Shown piece after piece: positions 1 to 11,155 of a DNA stretch of 64,000 bases. The position numbers and the translations under genes are program-made. Location of the stretch: NCBI GenBank assembly GCA_021738625.1, contig JAIPBS010000007.1, positions 22,100 to 86,099 on the forward strand, written 5' to 3'. The number at the start of each line of letters is the position of its first letter. Within the stretch, counting starts at the first letter, position 1. A model generated the notes under the pieces. That model was not told the DNA's origin. It worked only from the letters and a program-made list of their open reading frames with translations, and did not search any database. Origin of the DNA: Bacteroidales bacterium (lineage in GTDB: Bacteria; Bacteroidota; Bacteroidia; Bacteroidales; JAIOZK01).

Positions 1-792
1 TTGGAAATCTTTAACAAATCGCAAAAGATCATCGACCTTTCGCGAATCGCCATTGGCGAGGTGCAGGAATCCTTTCCCGATCCACCGGATACCAATCTGG
101 CCAATATCAGTTATAGAAGCATGCTTTTATTTCCACAGGAATATCTGCTTCTGACTAAAAACCCGGAAACGGTTAAAGCACAGTTTTTTACAACCAATCC
201 TTCGGCTTTTGTGCAGGTCGAATCTTTTCCTGAATACAATAAGGATAAAGGACAGGCCTTGCTGATACATAGCGAATCGGTCCTCGACAAAATGGAGTAC
301 AACCAGGACATGCAAAACCAGCTGCTAAACTTTTTTGAGGGAGTGGCGCTGGAGCGGGTGAATCCCAGCCGGCCCTCATCCGATCAAACCAACTGGCATT
401 CTGCCGCTGAAACCATTGGCTTTGGTACGCCAGGATATGAAAACTCCCAGTTTGTCGAAGATATTGAAGTGGATGATCCCATAGTGATTGAACCGGATCT
501 CTTTTCCCCGGACGGCGACGGGCAGAACGACCTGCTGAACATCCATTATGAATTCGATCAGCCCGGCAAAAACATCAGCATATTGATCTTTGATGATGAG
601 GGAAGAGAGGTCAAAAATCTCGTGAACAATAAATCGGTTGGCGTCAAAGGCTTTTTTTCCTGGGATGGCGTGAATGAAAACAAAGAAAAGGCAGGCATCG
701 GGATTTACGTGATCCTTGTTAAGGTATTTGATGCGGAAGGAAATGTGAGCCGTTATAAGAAAGCAGCCGTGCTGGGCGGTTATTTTAAATAA
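1..792 (+). CDS. C-terminal part of a secreted or surface protein ending in a FlgD-Ig-like beta-sandwich domain. The 5' end lies upstream of the window.
   Basis: The frame is open from base 1 to TAA at 790-792. The motif FSPDGDGQNDLLNIHY...FSWDGVNE...GIYVILVKV is typical of FlgD-Ig / T9SS-associated C-terminal domains. Confidence 0.5.
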   Translation: MEIFNKSQKIIDLSRIAIGEVQESFPDPPDTNLANISYRSMLLFPQEYLLLTKNPETVKAQFFTTNPSAFVQVESFPEYNKDKGQALLIHSESVLDKMEYNQDMQNQLLNFFEGVALERVNPSRPSSDQTNWHSAAETIGFGTPGYENSQFVEDIEVDDPIVIEPDLFSPDGDGQNDLLNIHYEFDQPGKNISILIFDDEGREVKNLVNNKSVGVKGFFSWDGVNENKEKAGIGIYVILVKVFDAEGNVSRYKKAAVLGGYFK

Positions 793-1530
793 TTACTCTT
801 CCCTGTCTCTGCTGATCCGGAATCCCAAAGTTGCCCTCAGGTAGATATTACGGATGGTTTTATCGAGATATTTATAATTTTTTTCATAGATGGATACCAG
901 CCCGCTTGATAGTGTCAGGCTGATATCCATTTTGTGTGTGATATGATATTTTCCACCAACAATAACGCCGTAATCCCAGGTTTTCAAATGCTCCGACTGA
1001 TCGAAAGGCTCGTCTTCAACAGTTGTAAAAGGATTTTCAGGATTGCCCACTTCAATGTCTGCTGTTCCTGAATTATCACCTTCCAACAGATAGGAAAACT
1101 GTGGCCCGAACATAATATTCCACTTGGGATTGAAACGATAGATAAACAACACAGGAATGTCCAGGTAGGTATTGTCGTATTCTCCTTCCACCCAGCCATT
1201 ATATACCGTATGCCAGTAATAGGTGTGGCCCGGGTTGGTTTCCGTATCCTTATAAATGGTATCACCTGAAACCGGCGTTCTGAAGGAACTGCCTTTTTTC
1301 GAGTAGAGAAATTCGGCCTGCACCTGCCATTTGAAATTCAGCTGGGCATTGAAATACAACCCAAAAGCCGGTCCCACCCCGGGTTTACCCGTACTGCCGT
1401 CTTCGGCTTTGCCATAAGGGGTTCCGGCATTGAATCCCCCCCTCAATCCGTATTCCAGCCCCTGGCTAAAAACCCTTAGGTTAAGTAGCATCAACAGTAA
1501 AGTTCCGGTGATGATCAGGCTGGTTTTCAT
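793..1530 (-). CDS. Outer-membrane beta-barrel (porin-family) protein
   Basis: Signal peptide MKTSLIITGTLLLMLLNLRVFSQ. Alternating aromatic/glycine beta-strand pattern, with a beta-barrel-like terminal strand (RATLGFRI) near the C-terminus. Confidence 0.55.
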   Translation of the reverse strand: MKTSLIITGTLLLMLLNLRVFSQGLEYGLRGGFNAGTPYGKAEDGSTGKPGVGPAFGLYFNAQLNFKWQVQAEFLYSKKGSSFRTPVSGDTIYKDTETNPGHTYYWHTVYNGWVEGEYDNTYLDIPVLFIYRFNPKWNIMFGPQFSYLLEGDNSGTADIEVGNPENPFTTVEDEPFDQSEHLKTWDYGVIVGGKYHITHKMDISLTLSSGLVSIYEKNYKYLDKTIRNIYLRATLGFRISRDREE

Positions 1531-1538
1531 TCTTTTAT

Positions 1539-2549
1539 CTATTCATAAATCAGCGAGATGTCATCAATATACAATGCACTTCCCGCATGTCCCATAAAAT
1601 CATCGCCCCCGGCGCTGGAAACGAAGATCACGATGATCGTATCCGGATTGTCCTGCGACAGGTAATTAAAAGGCAAATTAAACCCGGTGTAGCTTTCCAC
1701 GGTAACATCATTCACCGGGATCTGAGCTTTGGCCACAAACTCCCTTTCTCCTGCAGCTTCATTCCACCTGGTCAGGTGTGCATAAATATTACATGAATCG
1801 CCGTTAATAGGCAAGTATTTATAATAACCCTTGAAAGCAGAAGGCCTTGAGGTGAATGGCATACCTTGCTTCAGGCTTTCAACCATATTATTCCAGTCCA
1901 CCTCGAAAATACCAGTAGCCACCGTGCCGGTCATCAGGGGCAGGGAACTGTCGGCCGGCATAAAGGTGCTGATCCTGGCCGCATAGCTTCCGCTGTAAGC
2001 ATCTGTTGTGCGTTCCACCATAACCGGGGGAGGATCCAAAAAAACCAGCAGGTCGGCGACTTTGTTTGGGGTGGCCCAGTAACCGCGCGGCGCCGGTTCC
2101 ATGTACCGCTCAAAATCCTCCCAAAATTCAAATCCGCTATTCGGCAACTGGGCGTCGCCATTTGTAGTTACCTCAACGGTGTTGGAAAAACCGGATTCCG
2201 AGGATTCAAAAATGGCTTTTATTCGATAATAATATTTTGTGCTTCCCTTCAAGTTAAAGGCAAATGCCTGGTTTACGCCACCTACCTCCCGACCATTAAA
2301 GCCTTCAACATGGGTGTTGAAATTCTGGCTGGTGGAAACATAAAGCTTATAAGAAATAGCCTGATCAATGCCTTCCCAGCGGGCCAGGAAATTGCTTTTA
2401 TAAATTTGCTCTGCCTGCAGCGCAACAGGATTGTTTTCCACAGGAGGATCATCATTATCCTCATCTTTTTCCTTGCAGGAATTGAAAACCAAAATCCCTC
2501 CGATCAACATCAAAATGAACGGCGCCTTAATTGAATGTAAAACCTTCAT
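1539..2549 (-). CDS. Lipoprotein with an FN3-like domain plus a PCMD (putative carbohydrate metabolism) domain
   Basis: Lipobox ...VFNSC. NSGFEFWED...YWATPN motif. Paralogous to the next gene. Confidence 0.55.
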   Translation of the reverse strand: MKVLHSIKAPFILMLIGGILVFNSCKEKDEDNDDPPVENNPVALQAEQIYKSNFLARWEGIDQAISYKLYVSTSQNFNTHVEGFNGREVGGVNQAFAFNLKGSTKYYYRIKAIFESSESGFSNTVEVTTNGDAQLPNSGFEFWEDFERYMEPAPRGYWATPNKVADLLVFLDPPPVMVERTTDAYSGSYAARISTFMPADSSLPLMTGTVATGIFEVDWNNMVESLKQGMPFTSRPSAFKGYYKYLPINGDSCNIYAHLTRWNEAAGEREFVAKAQIPVNDVTVESYTGFNLPFNYLSQDNPDTIIVIFVSSAGGDDFMGHAGSALYIDDISLIYE

Positions 2550-2569
2550 AGGCTCGAATTTTTTATATG

Positions 2570-3478
2570 TCAGTCGATCATAAATGAACCGCTGCTCACC
2601 CGGCGGTTTCTTTCCATCAAATAAAAATGGTACGTTCCTGCTGCAAATTCAGCCACATGGAGGACTTCGCGGGTATTATCATAATCCATCTGATGGACCA
2701 GCTCACCTTTCACATTGAATATGCTGAGTTTTCCGTCATGCAGTTTTTCAGGAATTGTAAAATAAACATATTCTGAGGCAGGATTGGGATACACACTTAC
2801 ATTTACTTCAGGCATCAGATCATGTTCAATGCCGGCGGGATATTCCAGAGAAAGCGCATCCACAAAGAGTTTTGAATCGGGCCAGGGTTGCATAAGTGAA
2901 GCCGATGAAGAGATGATAACATTCATGCTATCGGGGGTGCCTTCGCCCGCAATTTCAACTTCAAATTCTGTCCATTCTTCAATTGTATCCGCCTGATAAT
3001 AAACCCCTGAACCGATGGTGTCTCTTTTCATTTCATCTTCATCCCATTTGGTGAGCAATACCAAAAACATACAACTGTCAAGATCAGCCGGAATATTTTT
3101 GTACCATCCTTTGAGTTTGTTGGGTCTGGAAGTGAACGGTATACCGCCGGTGATTTTGCCTTCCATATGCCCCATGTCGATTTCGAAAGTGCCCAGGGTG
3201 ATCACACCCGGCACATAAAATACCTGCCCGACCGTTATTCTTTTGGAGGTAAGTTCAGCGCAGTAAGGGCCTTCGTATGCCTCACCGCTGCGTTCAACCG
3301 TCACGTCGATAAATGAAATATATCCATTGGGAGTTGACCAGTGAACCGGGTCTCTGTGGTTAGTGTCAGCCAATTGTTCCCATTCATTCAGTCCGCTGTT
3401 GGGAATGTCTTGCTGAGCTATTGCGGTACCCATCATCAGTAAAAAAGTAAAGAAGAAAAATAGTACTGTTTTTTTCAT
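2570..3478 (-). CDS. PCMD-domain protein with a T9SS C-terminal sorting domain
   Basis: NSGLNEWEQ...HWSTPN motif and C-terminal VSVYPNPASEYVYF...GTYHFYL. The start was moved to the internal ATG (MKKTVLFFFF signal peptide, 3476-3478). Confidence 0.6.
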   Translation of the reverse strand: MKKTVLFFFFTFLLMMGTAIAQQDIPNSGLNEWEQLADTNHRDPVHWSTPNGYISFIDVTVERSGEAYEGPYCAELTSKRITVGQVFYVPGVITLGTFEIDMGHMEGKITGGIPFTSRPNKLKGWYKNIPADLDSCMFLVLLTKWDEDEMKRDTIGSGVYYQADTIEEWTEFEVEIAGEGTPDSMNVIISSSASLMQPWPDSKLFVDALSLEYPAGIEHDLMPEVNVSVYPNPASEYVYFTIPEKLHDGKLSIFNVKGELVHQMDYDNTREVLHVAEFAAGTYHFYLMERNRRVSSGSFMID

Positions 3479-3636
3479 GGCATTATGTTTTTGATTTTTG
3501 AGCAATTTGAATCGGATAAATTTAATCAATTTTTATTTTTAAAAAAATCAATCGGAATCCAAATTTAATGAATAAAGGGCAATGTTTCATTGTAAAGGGT
3601 TGTAAAATAATGGTCACACCTTTTTATTGGTTTATT

Positions 3637-4326
3637 TTACAGGACCGTACAAGCAATGGTGCAAACACTCACCTGCACCCTGCCTGCCGTTTGCAATGTC
3701 TGAATACAGGCTTCCATTGTTGCGCCGGTGGTGACCACATCATCCACCAGTAAAACTTTTTTTTCGCATAAATCTTCCGGATGCTTTAGCCTGAAAATGT
3801 GTTCCACATTTTTCCATCGCTCCAGACGTGATTTCTTGGTTTGTGTTTCCGAAAAAACACTTCTGCTTAAATTGTTGGTGTCCATTTTGATGTTCATGCT
3901 GTTTGCCAGGCCGGAAGCAAAAATGGCACTTTGGTTGAAACCACGCTTCAAAAGCTTTTTTCTGTGCAGCGGAACGGGTATGATCAAATCGATCTGCTCA
4001 AAAAGTTTCGATTGCATCAATTCATACCCGTATAATTTACCCAGCAGGAAACCTATATCTTTCTTTCCCTTGTATTTAAACTGATGTATAAGCGACTGCA
4101 CCATGCCCTTCTTTTTGAAATGTAAGAATGAAGCGGCAGCATTTATAGGAACCCGACCCCAGAATATTTTGTAAACAGGATTGTTTTGGTGCAAATGAAA
4201 ATTTGTTACAGGCAGTTTGTATATGCAGAGAGAGCACAGGCTTTCCTCATGTCTGAATAGATTGTTCCCGCATATATGACAAAGATTGGGAAACAACATC
4301 CCGATGAAATCATCTAGATATTTCAT
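3637..4326 (-). CDS. comF: ComF-family phosphoribosyltransferase
   Basis: N-terminal Cys pairs (CHIC...CSLC) and the PRTase motif VLLVDDVVTTGATMEAC. Confidence 0.75.
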   Translation of the reverse strand: MKYLDDFIGMLFPNLCHICGNNLFRHEESLCSLCIYKLPVTNFHLHQNNPVYKIFWGRVPINAAASFLHFKKKGMVQSLIHQFKYKGKKDIGFLLGKLYGYELMQSKLFEQIDLIIPVPLHRKKLLKRGFNQSAIFASGLANSMNIKMDTNNLSRSVFSETQTKKSRLERWKNVEHIFRLKHPEDLCEKKVLLVDDVVTTGATMEACIQTLQTAGRVQVSVCTIACTVL

Positions 4327-4434
4327 ATTGCAGGCTTTCTTTTTAATTCCTTTTTCGAGATAAAAGTTCCTTCTTCGTTGCTGTTTTTATTTATTCGCTA
4401 ATTTTGTGGCTGTTCAATCTGAAAACAACAAATC

Positions 4435-5715
4435 ATGAAAAAGAATCTGTTAATCACATTTGCCCTTGTTTTTACCCTTTCATTAATGATAACATCATGT
4501 AAAGAAGATGATGGTGACAATAACGGTAACGACAATACCGACCCCATTGCTTCTTTCACGATTACTCCGCAAACCGGCACCGTGAATACCATTTTTGAAT
4601 TCGACGCCTCCGCTTCGGCGGATAATGAAAGCGCGCTCAATCAGCTGATGTTCCGATGGGATTTCGACAACGACGGCAGCTGGGAAGAAGATTACACCAC
4701 CGATCCCAACACCAACCATCAATATGCCCAGGCCGGAACCTACACGATTAAACTGGAAGTAAAAGACGAAGGCGGACTGACCGATGAAAGCACGAAAAAC
4801 ATCACTGTGGTAGAGGAAGGCGATTTTAGCTTTACCACGGGCAATGCCTCCGAAATAAATGTTAGGTCGATTGTGATGAATGGTGAGATCCTGGGCCTGG
4901 GCGATCACCAGGTGAGCGATCACGGGCATGTCTGGTCCGTGTACCCCGACCCGGGTATGCAGGATAGCAAAAGCTCGCTTGGCGCCATTGCTTCAACAGG
5001 AACTTTCTCTAGCACCTGCGAGTTGCTGATCGAAAACATGAAATATTACATTAAGGCATATATGGTAACCGATCAGGGTGTTTTCTTGGGGGATGAAATC
5101 GCGGTAAGCACCCAAAGCAGCGGAAACGGAACACCCTGCCCGGGAGCCGAGACCGTTACGGATGCCGATGGCAATGTTTACAACACCGTTTTGATCGACG
5201 GCAAATGCTGGATGAAGGAAAATCTGAATGTTGGAAGTATGATCAATGCTTCTACGGCCCAAACCGATAATGGCACCATTGAAAAATATTGTTTTGCAGA
5301 TGATGGGTTCAATTGCGATCTTTTCGGAGGGCTTTATCAGTGGAGGGAACTGATGGATTATGCCACCAGCGAGCAAAACCAGGGCATCTGTCCGCAAGGC
5401 TGGCACATACCGACCAATGACGAGATCACAGCCCTGAAGAATTTTGTAAGCGAAGAATCCAATGCTTTGGTGGCTATGGGGCAAACCGCCAACAGCACCA
5501 ACAGTACCGGTTTCACCGGCCTGCTGAACGGTTATAAATCTTATATACCGGATGAATTTGTGGAGTTTTCAAGATACCTGAAAATCTGGTCTACCAAACA
5601 GCACCCCAGCGGCAACAGCAGCATCGACTTCACCCTGGACAAAAACAACAGCGCCTTCACCGAGCTGACCAACCATCAGGCAGCCGTTTCGGTGCGTTGT
5701 GTAAAAGACAACTAA
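4435..5715 (+). CDS. Lipoprotein with a PKD domain and a FISUMP (Fibrobacter succinogenes major paralogous) domain
   Basis: Lipobox MITSC. PKD-like FDASAS...WDFDNDG. DADGNVYNTVLIDGKCWMKENLN...GGLYQW...CPQGWHIPTNDE. Confidence 0.7.
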   Translation: MKKNLLITFALVFTLSLMITSCKEDDGDNNGNDNTDPIASFTITPQTGTVNTIFEFDASASADNESALNQLMFRWDFDNDGSWEEDYTTDPNTNHQYAQAGTYTIKLEVKDEGGLTDESTKNITVVEEGDFSFTTGNASEINVRSIVMNGEILGLGDHQVSDHGHVWSVYPDPGMQDSKSSLGAIASTGTFSSTCELLIENMKYYIKAYMVTDQGVFLGDEIAVSTQSSGNGTPCPGAETVTDADGNVYNTVLIDGKCWMKENLNVGSMINASTAQTDNGTIEKYCFADDGFNCDLFGGLYQWRELMDYATSEQNQGICPQGWHIPTNDEITALKNFVSEESNALVAMGQTANSTNSTGFTGLLNGYKSYIPDEFVEFSRYLKIWSTKQHPSGNSSIDFTLDKNNSAFTELTNHQAAVSVRCVKDN

Positions 5716-5731
5716 CAAAATATTTTTTCTT

Positions 5732-7447
5732 ATGGCTTCACTACCCTTGCTCGAAATAAAGAATCTAAAGGTTGAATTCAAGAGCGAGGAAGGCATGTTG
5801 GAAGCCGTTAAGGGCATCAACTTTCAGCTGAAACAGGGAGAGATACTCGGCATTGTCGGAGAATCCGGTTCGGGAAAATCCGTTACCGCCTTATCTGTTT
5901 TAAGACTGATCGCCCCTCCGGGAAAGATCACTTCAGGCAGCGTTCATTTTCAAAAAAACGGAAAAACTGTCGATCTTCTTCAAATTCCCGAAAAAAAAAT
6001 AAGAAACATCAGGGGGAACGATATTTCGATGATCTTCCAGGAACCCATGAGTTCACTCAACCCCGTTTACAAATGTGGCAGGCAGGTCACCGAAGCCATC
6101 CGTCAGCATATTGAGATTTCGGGAGGACAAGCAAAACAATTGGCAGTTGATTTGTTTGACCAACTTCAATTGCCGCGACCGGAAAGTATTTTTCGATCTT
6201 ATCCGCATGAACTCTCAGGTGGACAAAAACAAAGGGTGATGATCGCCATGGCCATGGGCTGCAATCCCGATATTCTGATCGCAGACGAACCCACAACAGC
6301 ACTGGATGTGACCATTCAAAAGAGCATACTTGAACAGCTCAGGCAGTTGCGTAAAGATTTTGACATGTCGGTGCTTTTTATTTCACACGATCTGGGCGTG
6401 GTCCGGCAAATCGCCGACCGGGTGATCGTCATGTACGAAGGCGAAATAGTTGAGGAAGGCGATGTAGAGAGTGTTTTTCAAAATCCCCGCCATTCCTATA
6501 CCAAAGGATTGCTTGCTTGCCGTCCACAACAAGACCGACATTTAAAAAGGCTCCCGGTTGTTCAGGATTTTCTTAAAGAATCAAGATCGCCCATTGATTT
6601 CATAAACAAACTGAAAATACCCAAAGAAGAAATTAGAAAACACAGGCAGGCGCTTTACAAAAACCCTGTTATACTTTCGGTTGAGGATATGAAAACCTAT
6701 TTTTCAGGCGACAGGCATCTGTTTGGGAAAAGTGAAGTAATCAAAGCAGTTGATGGGGTAAGTTTTGAGATTTACCAGGGCGAAACGCTTGGATTGGTGG
6801 GTGAATCGGGGTGCGGTAAAACCACGCTGGGCCGCAGCATTCTGCAACTGATCCCATCCACTGCCGGCAAGGTGATCTACGATAACAAAATGCTTACCCA
6901 AAACCGGAAAAAACAGCTGAAAGCATACAGGAAAGATTTACAGATCGTTTTCCAGGATCCTTTTTCTTCCTTAAACCCCAGGATAACGGCCGGATCGGCC
7001 ATTGAAGAACCCATGCGGGTTTACAAACTGCACGGATCCGCTAGGGAAAGGCGGTCCAAAACAATGGAACTGCTTGGGACCGTCGGCTTAAAAAAAGAGC
7101 ATTATCGCCGTTATCCCCATGAATTTTCGGGCGGGCAACGACAAAGGATCTGCATCGCCCGGGCGCTGGCCGTGGAACCCCGCTTCATCATTTGCGATGA
7201 ATCGGTTTCTGCGCTGGACGTTTCCATTCAGGCCAATATCCTCAACCTGCTGAACAAGCTGAAAAAGGAATTCGGGCTAACCTTCATCTTCATTTCTCAC
7301 GATCTCTCGGTGGTGCGGTTTATGTCGGACCGAATCGCCGTGATGAAAGACGGCAAAATCGTAGAGCTTAATGATGCAGATCAAATTTACGAACATCCGC
7401 AAAAAGAATATACCCGCAAACTAATCAACGCCATCCCACAGGCTTAG
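5732..7447 (+). CDS. ABC transporter ATP-binding protein with duplicated ATPase domains (peptide/nickel-type)
   Basis: Two Walker A motifs ([16 protein letters not shown]), two signature motifs ([16 protein letters not shown]) and two Walker B motifs. Confidence 0.85.
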   Translation: MASLPLLEIKNLKVEFKSEEGMLEAVKGINFQLKQGEILGIVGESGSGKSVTALSVLRLIAPPGKITSGSVHFQKNGKTVDLLQIPEKKIRNIRGNDISMIFQEPMSSLNPVYKCGRQVTEAIRQHIEISGGQAKQLAVDLFDQLQLPRPESIFRSYPHELSGGQKQRVMIAMAMGCNPDILIADEPTTALDVTIQKSILEQLRQLRKDFDMSVLFISHDLGVVRQIADRVIVMYEGEIVEEGDVESVFQNPRHSYTKGLLACRPQQDRHLKRLPVVQDFLKESRSPIDFINKLKIPKEEIRKHRQALYKNPVILSVEDMKTYFSGDRHLFGKSEVIKAVDGVSFEIYQGETLGLVGESGCGKTTLGRSILQLIPSTAGKVIYDNKMLTQNRKKQLKAYRKDLQIVFQDPFSSLNPRITAGSAIEEPMRVYKLHGSARERRSKTMELLGTVGLKKEHYRRYPHEFSGGQRQRICIARALAVEPRFIICDESVSALDVSIQANILNLLNKLKKEFGLTFIFISHDLSVVRFMSDRIAVMKDGKIVELNDADQIYEHPQKEYTRKLINAIPQA

Positions 7448-7496
7448 GCCATCCGCTATTTATTTGTTAACTTTACAGATAATCAAAAAAAGGATT

Positions 7497-9647
7497 ATGG
7501 CAAGAAAGAAAAGAAAGATCAAAAAAGGAAGTAAAAACACCCTGGCATACAATATTTTGGGTGTGCTCGGTAAAAACCCCCACCGTGCCCTTAACTATAA
7601 ACAGATCGCTCATGCACTTGGCATCAAAGACAAAGCAAGCAAAAATCTTGTAGGAAATTTACTGGATGAACTTTCGATAGCGGGAGAGATCGATGAGATC
7701 AAAAAGGGGAAATACAAGCTGAACAAGGAAAACATTGCCCGGTTCGCTCACAAATACATTACCGGAAGGGTTGATATGAAAAAAACGGGCAAAGCCTATG
7801 TGATCAATGAAGAGGGAGGCGACGACATCTACATTGCATCAAACAACACCTATCACGCCCTGCACAATGATATTGTAAAGGTGATGTTGTTTCCTCAACG
7901 GAAAAACAAAAAACCCGAAGGTCAGATCATCGAGATCATCAAACGTTCGAAAGACGAATATGTCGGGATCATTGAAGTTAGTCCAACCTATGCTTTCCTG
8001 ATCCCGGACAGCAACCATATTGCTGCGGACATTTTTATTCCTGAAAGCAAACTAAAGGGCGCCAAAGACGGACAAAAAGTTGTTGTGAAGATCGCCGAAT
8101 GGCCCGAACATTCCAAAAATCCATTTGGAGAAGTAACACGCGTACTTGGCGAACCCGGCGATCACAATGTTGAAATGGAGTCTATTCTGGCCGAATACAA
8201 TGTTCCTTTTGCCTTTCCACGCCAAGCCGAAGATGAGGCCATCAACATTCCGGAAACCATCAGCAATCAGGAAATCAAAAAGAGAAAAGACTTCAGGAAT
8301 GCCTGGACCATCACCATCGACCCCGAAGACGCCAAAGATTTTGACGATGCCCTTTCTCTTCAAAAGTTGAATAACGGCAACCTGGAAGTGGGCATTCATA
8401 TAGCAGATGTTTCACATTATGTGAAACCCACCTCGGAAATTGATCAGGAAGCATACAAAAGAGCCACCTCGGTTTATCTTGTTGACCGGGTGATCCCCAT
8501 GTTGCCTGAAAAACTCTCCAACAAGGTTTGCTCGCTGCGGCCCAATGAAGAAAAACTTTGTTTTTCGGCAGTGTTTGAAATGGATCAAAAGGCAAAGGTG
8601 CAGAATGAATGGTTCGGTAAAACCATCATTAAATCAAACCGCAGATTCAATTATGAGGAGGTTCAGGACATCATCGAACAACAAAGGGGAGAATATGCCG
8701 ATGAGATATTAAGCCTGCACAAACTGGCTGAAAAGCTTCGCAGCGATCGTTTCAAAAAAGGTTCCATTAATTTCAAATCACAGGAAGTCCGCTTTAAGCT
8801 GGATAAAAACGGAGCCCCGCTGAGCGTTTACCTGAAAGAACAAAAAGACTCCAACAAGCTGATCGAAGATTTTATGCTTCTGGCCAACAGGAAAGTAGCC
8901 GAATTCGTAGGCAAACGCACGGGAAAAGAAAAACCCAAAACTTTTGTTTACCGTGTCCATGATACTCCCAGCCCGGAAAAGCTAAGCACCTTTATCGAAT
9001 TCGTTTCCAAACTCGGTTATAAGATCGATTTGAAAGACGATAGAAGCCTGGCCAGATCCTTCAATAATCTGTTCAGGGAAATTGAAGGAAAAGGGGAAGA
9101 ACATATGATCGAGAGCATTGCTATCCGAACGATGGCCAAAGCAGAGTACTCGATCGAAAACATCGGGCACTACGGATTGGCTTTTCCTTATTATACCCAT
9201 TTCACTTCTCCCATCCGGCGTTATCCCGACCTGGAAGTACATCGTTTGTTATTTGATTATTTGAACGGAAAGCCGTCGGCAAACCCGGTTGAAAAAGAAG
9301 ATATGTGCCAGCATGCTTCGGAAATGGAGAGAAACGCGGTTGAAGCCGAACGCGACTCGGTAAAATACAAACAGGCAGAGTATTTGTTGGATAAGATCGG
9401 GCAGGAATTTGAAGGCCTGATATCAGGTGTAAGCAAATGGGGGATTTACGTGGAATTGCTCGGAAACAAATGCGAGGGTATGATCCGCCTGCGCGATCTG
9501 GAAGATGATTTTTATTATCTGGATGAAGACAATTACAGGGTGATCGGGCAACGTCACGGAAATAGTTATAAGTTAGGAGATCAGGTTCGCATACGGGTTA
9601 AAAAAATTGACCTGTCACAAAAAGAGATGGATTACGAACTGGTTTAA
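7497..9647 (+). CDS. rnr: Ribonuclease R
   Basis: RNB catalytic motifs (DPEDAKDFDDA, HFTSPIRRYPDL) and a C-terminal S1 domain. The ATG at 7497 is preferred over the upstream TTG at 7464. Confidence 0.9.
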   Translation: MARKKRKIKKGSKNTLAYNILGVLGKNPHRALNYKQIAHALGIKDKASKNLVGNLLDELSIAGEIDEIKKGKYKLNKENIARFAHKYITGRVDMKKTGKAYVINEEGGDDIYIASNNTYHALHNDIVKVMLFPQRKNKKPEGQIIEIIKRSKDEYVGIIEVSPTYAFLIPDSNHIAADIFIPESKLKGAKDGQKVVVKIAEWPEHSKNPFGEVTRVLGEPGDHNVEMESILAEYNVPFAFPRQAEDEAINIPETISNQEIKKRKDFRNAWTITIDPEDAKDFDDALSLQKLNNGNLEVGIHIADVSHYVKPTSEIDQEAYKRATSVYLVDRVIPMLPEKLSNKVCSLRPNEEKLCFSAVFEMDQKAKVQNEWFGKTIIKSNRRFNYEEVQDIIEQQRGEYADEILSLHKLAEKLRSDRFKKGSINFKSQEVRFKLDKNGAPLSVYLKEQKDSNKLIEDFMLLANRKVAEFVGKRTGKEKPKTFVYRVHDTPSPEKLSTFIEFVSKLGYKIDLKDDRSLARSFNNLFREIEGKGEEHMIESIAIRTMAKAEYSIENIGHYGLAFPYYTHFTSPIRRYPDLEVHRLLFDYLNGKPSANPVEKEDMCQHASEMERNAVEAERDSVKYKQAEYLLDKIGQEFEGLISGVSKWGIYVELLGNKCEGMIRLRDLEDDFYYLDEDNYRVIGQRHGNSYKLGDQVRIRVKKIDLSQKEMDYELV

Positions 9648-9826
9648 ACCTTTATTTTCTTTTTACCAAAATAAACAACAGGGAAACCGATTAACGGGCT
9701 GAAAATCATGCAAAAGAAAAAAGCCCATTCGCGTCCCATTTTCCTTTTCACACCTGTGGTTTCCGATATCACCAGCGAAAAGGTGTACCACAAAACAAAA
9801 GCGATGACAATGATGGCTTCATTCAT
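9644..9826 (-). CDS. Small two-TM membrane protein
   Basis: 60-aa ORF with two hydrophobic helices. No recognised family. Confidence 0.35.
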   Translation of the reverse strand: MNEAIIVIAFVLWYTFSLVISETTGVKRKMGREWAFFFCMIFSPLIGFPVVYFGKKKIKV

Positions 9827-9835
9827 AGTGCAAAA

Positions 9836-10396
9836 TTATTTATAAAAATAAATGAGTAGAAAAACAATAGGGATCACGATCCCGAATAGGGTCATCCAGG
9901 CGCCCCGGCCTGTGATACCTTGTTTGCCGCGAATAATAAACAATCCACTAACAGCCAGCAAAATGAGGGCTCCGCAATAAATATCCGAAAACCAGGTCCA
10001 CCATTTCACCGGATCGTAATGCAGCCAAACCGTTTCGTTGAGAATGGGACGGGTTTGTTTGCGCTCAAAGGTTCCGGCCCCACTCGCAAGGTTTATTAAA
10101 ACTTCACCCTTGTCTTTCAGAAAAATCTTCAAATAGCTGTCATTCGGGAAAAAATGGTTTTTGTAATTATCCTCTTCACCGATCTGGTCCAGGATATTGA
10201 TGACCTTTTTCTTGTTGATTTCTCCCTGGATTTCCACCTGTATATCTTTCTGATCAACCTTTATACGCGGATCCCATTCCTTGCTAAGATGGTTCATCCC
10301 GATACCGGATATGGCATAAATGAGCGTCATCCCGAAAAACAGGTAACCGAAGTCACGATGAACGCCCCGGTTCCATTTTCTCCATTTGAATTTCAT
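9836..10396 (-). CDS. PepSY-associated TM-helix domain protein
   Basis: N-terminal WRKWNRGVHRDFGYLFFGMTLIYAISGIGMNH and a C-terminal TM pair. Confidence 0.55.
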   Translation of the reverse strand: MKFKWRKWNRGVHRDFGYLFFGMTLIYAISGIGMNHLSKEWDPRIKVDQKDIQVEIQGEINKKKVINILDQIGEEDNYKNHFFPNDSYLKIFLKDKGEVLINLASGAGTFERKQTRPILNETVWLHYDPVKWWTWFSDIYCGALILLAVSGLFIIRGKQGITGRGAWMTLFGIVIPIVFLLIYFYK

Positions 10397-10422
10397 CCCA
10401 AGATAATTTAGGCAACAAAAAT

Positions 10423-10451
10423 AAAAAAAGGCCGGTTAATAGCCGGCCTTT
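10423..10451 (-). terminator. Rho-independent terminator downstream of the lipoprotein gene
   Basis: Perfect 9-bp stem AAAGGCCGG (10427-10435) / CCGGCCTTT (10443-10451) with a 7-nt loop. On the minus strand it is followed by a T7 run (complement of 10423-10429). Confidence 0.65.
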
Positions 10452-10473
10452 CATATTCTCTTTCAAAAAAAGA

Positions 10474-11076
10474 TTATTCTTTGATCTTGTATTTATTACA
10501 AACAATTGAGTAAAAAGAAAGGTGATCCACCCCTTTTTCATTCATTTGTTTTCTGTAGCTTTCGATCTGCTCCATGCCTGCAACATGCTGACCCTGATCT
10601 GCTTTTTCGCCCATCTGACTGCCTTCATGGCTGTCCTGATCTCCTTCTTCTCCTTCTTCCATTACAGGTTGTTCGGCGTTCATTTTTAATTCTTCTTCCC
10701 ATTCGGCCAGGTACACGCTATCAATCCTAAGCTCATCCAGAACACCTGTAACCACAACGGTTTCCCCTTCCATATCGGTGCTGAAGCTTGGCATATCTTC
10801 AGCGGTAACAACTTTTACCCGTTCATCCGTATCCGTTGCCACCAAAAACATCCTTTCACCGCCATGCGCGCAAACATGGTCAACAAGGCCTTCTACAATA
10901 ACTTCCTGTCCAACCAGTTCACCCGCTTTGGCTGAGTAATCAGCAATGGCCAGAACAACAGGTTCTGCTGTTGTAATCTGGCTTTGGTCAGTGATTTGTT
11001 GATCATTTTTCTGGTTGCTTCCGCATGCGACAACGATGAGCGCCAGCAATGCAAAAAATAAATTTCTTTTAATCAT
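10474..11076 (-). CDS. Hypothetical lipoprotein with an acidic C-terminal region
   Basis: The internal ATG gives MIKRNLFFALLALIVVACGS (lipobox) and is preceded by a GGAGGA-like sequence. The longer ORF (to 11211) would overlap the upstream gene. Confidence 0.5.
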   Translation of the reverse strand: MIKRNLFFALLALIVVACGSNQKNDQQITDQSQITTAEPVVLAIADYSAKAGELVGQEVIVEGLVDHVCAHGGERMFLVATDTDERVKVVTAEDMPSFSTDMEGETVVVTGVLDELRIDSVYLAEWEEELKMNAEQPVMEEGEEGDQDSHEGSQMGEKADQGQHVAGMEQIESYRKQMNEKGVDHLSFYSIVCNKYKIKE

Positions 11077-11155
11077 TTGTTTTCCTCCTGTGGTTTGACT
11101 TTTTGATTTAACTATGCAAACATATAAATAATTTCCTATATATATCTTAAAAAAA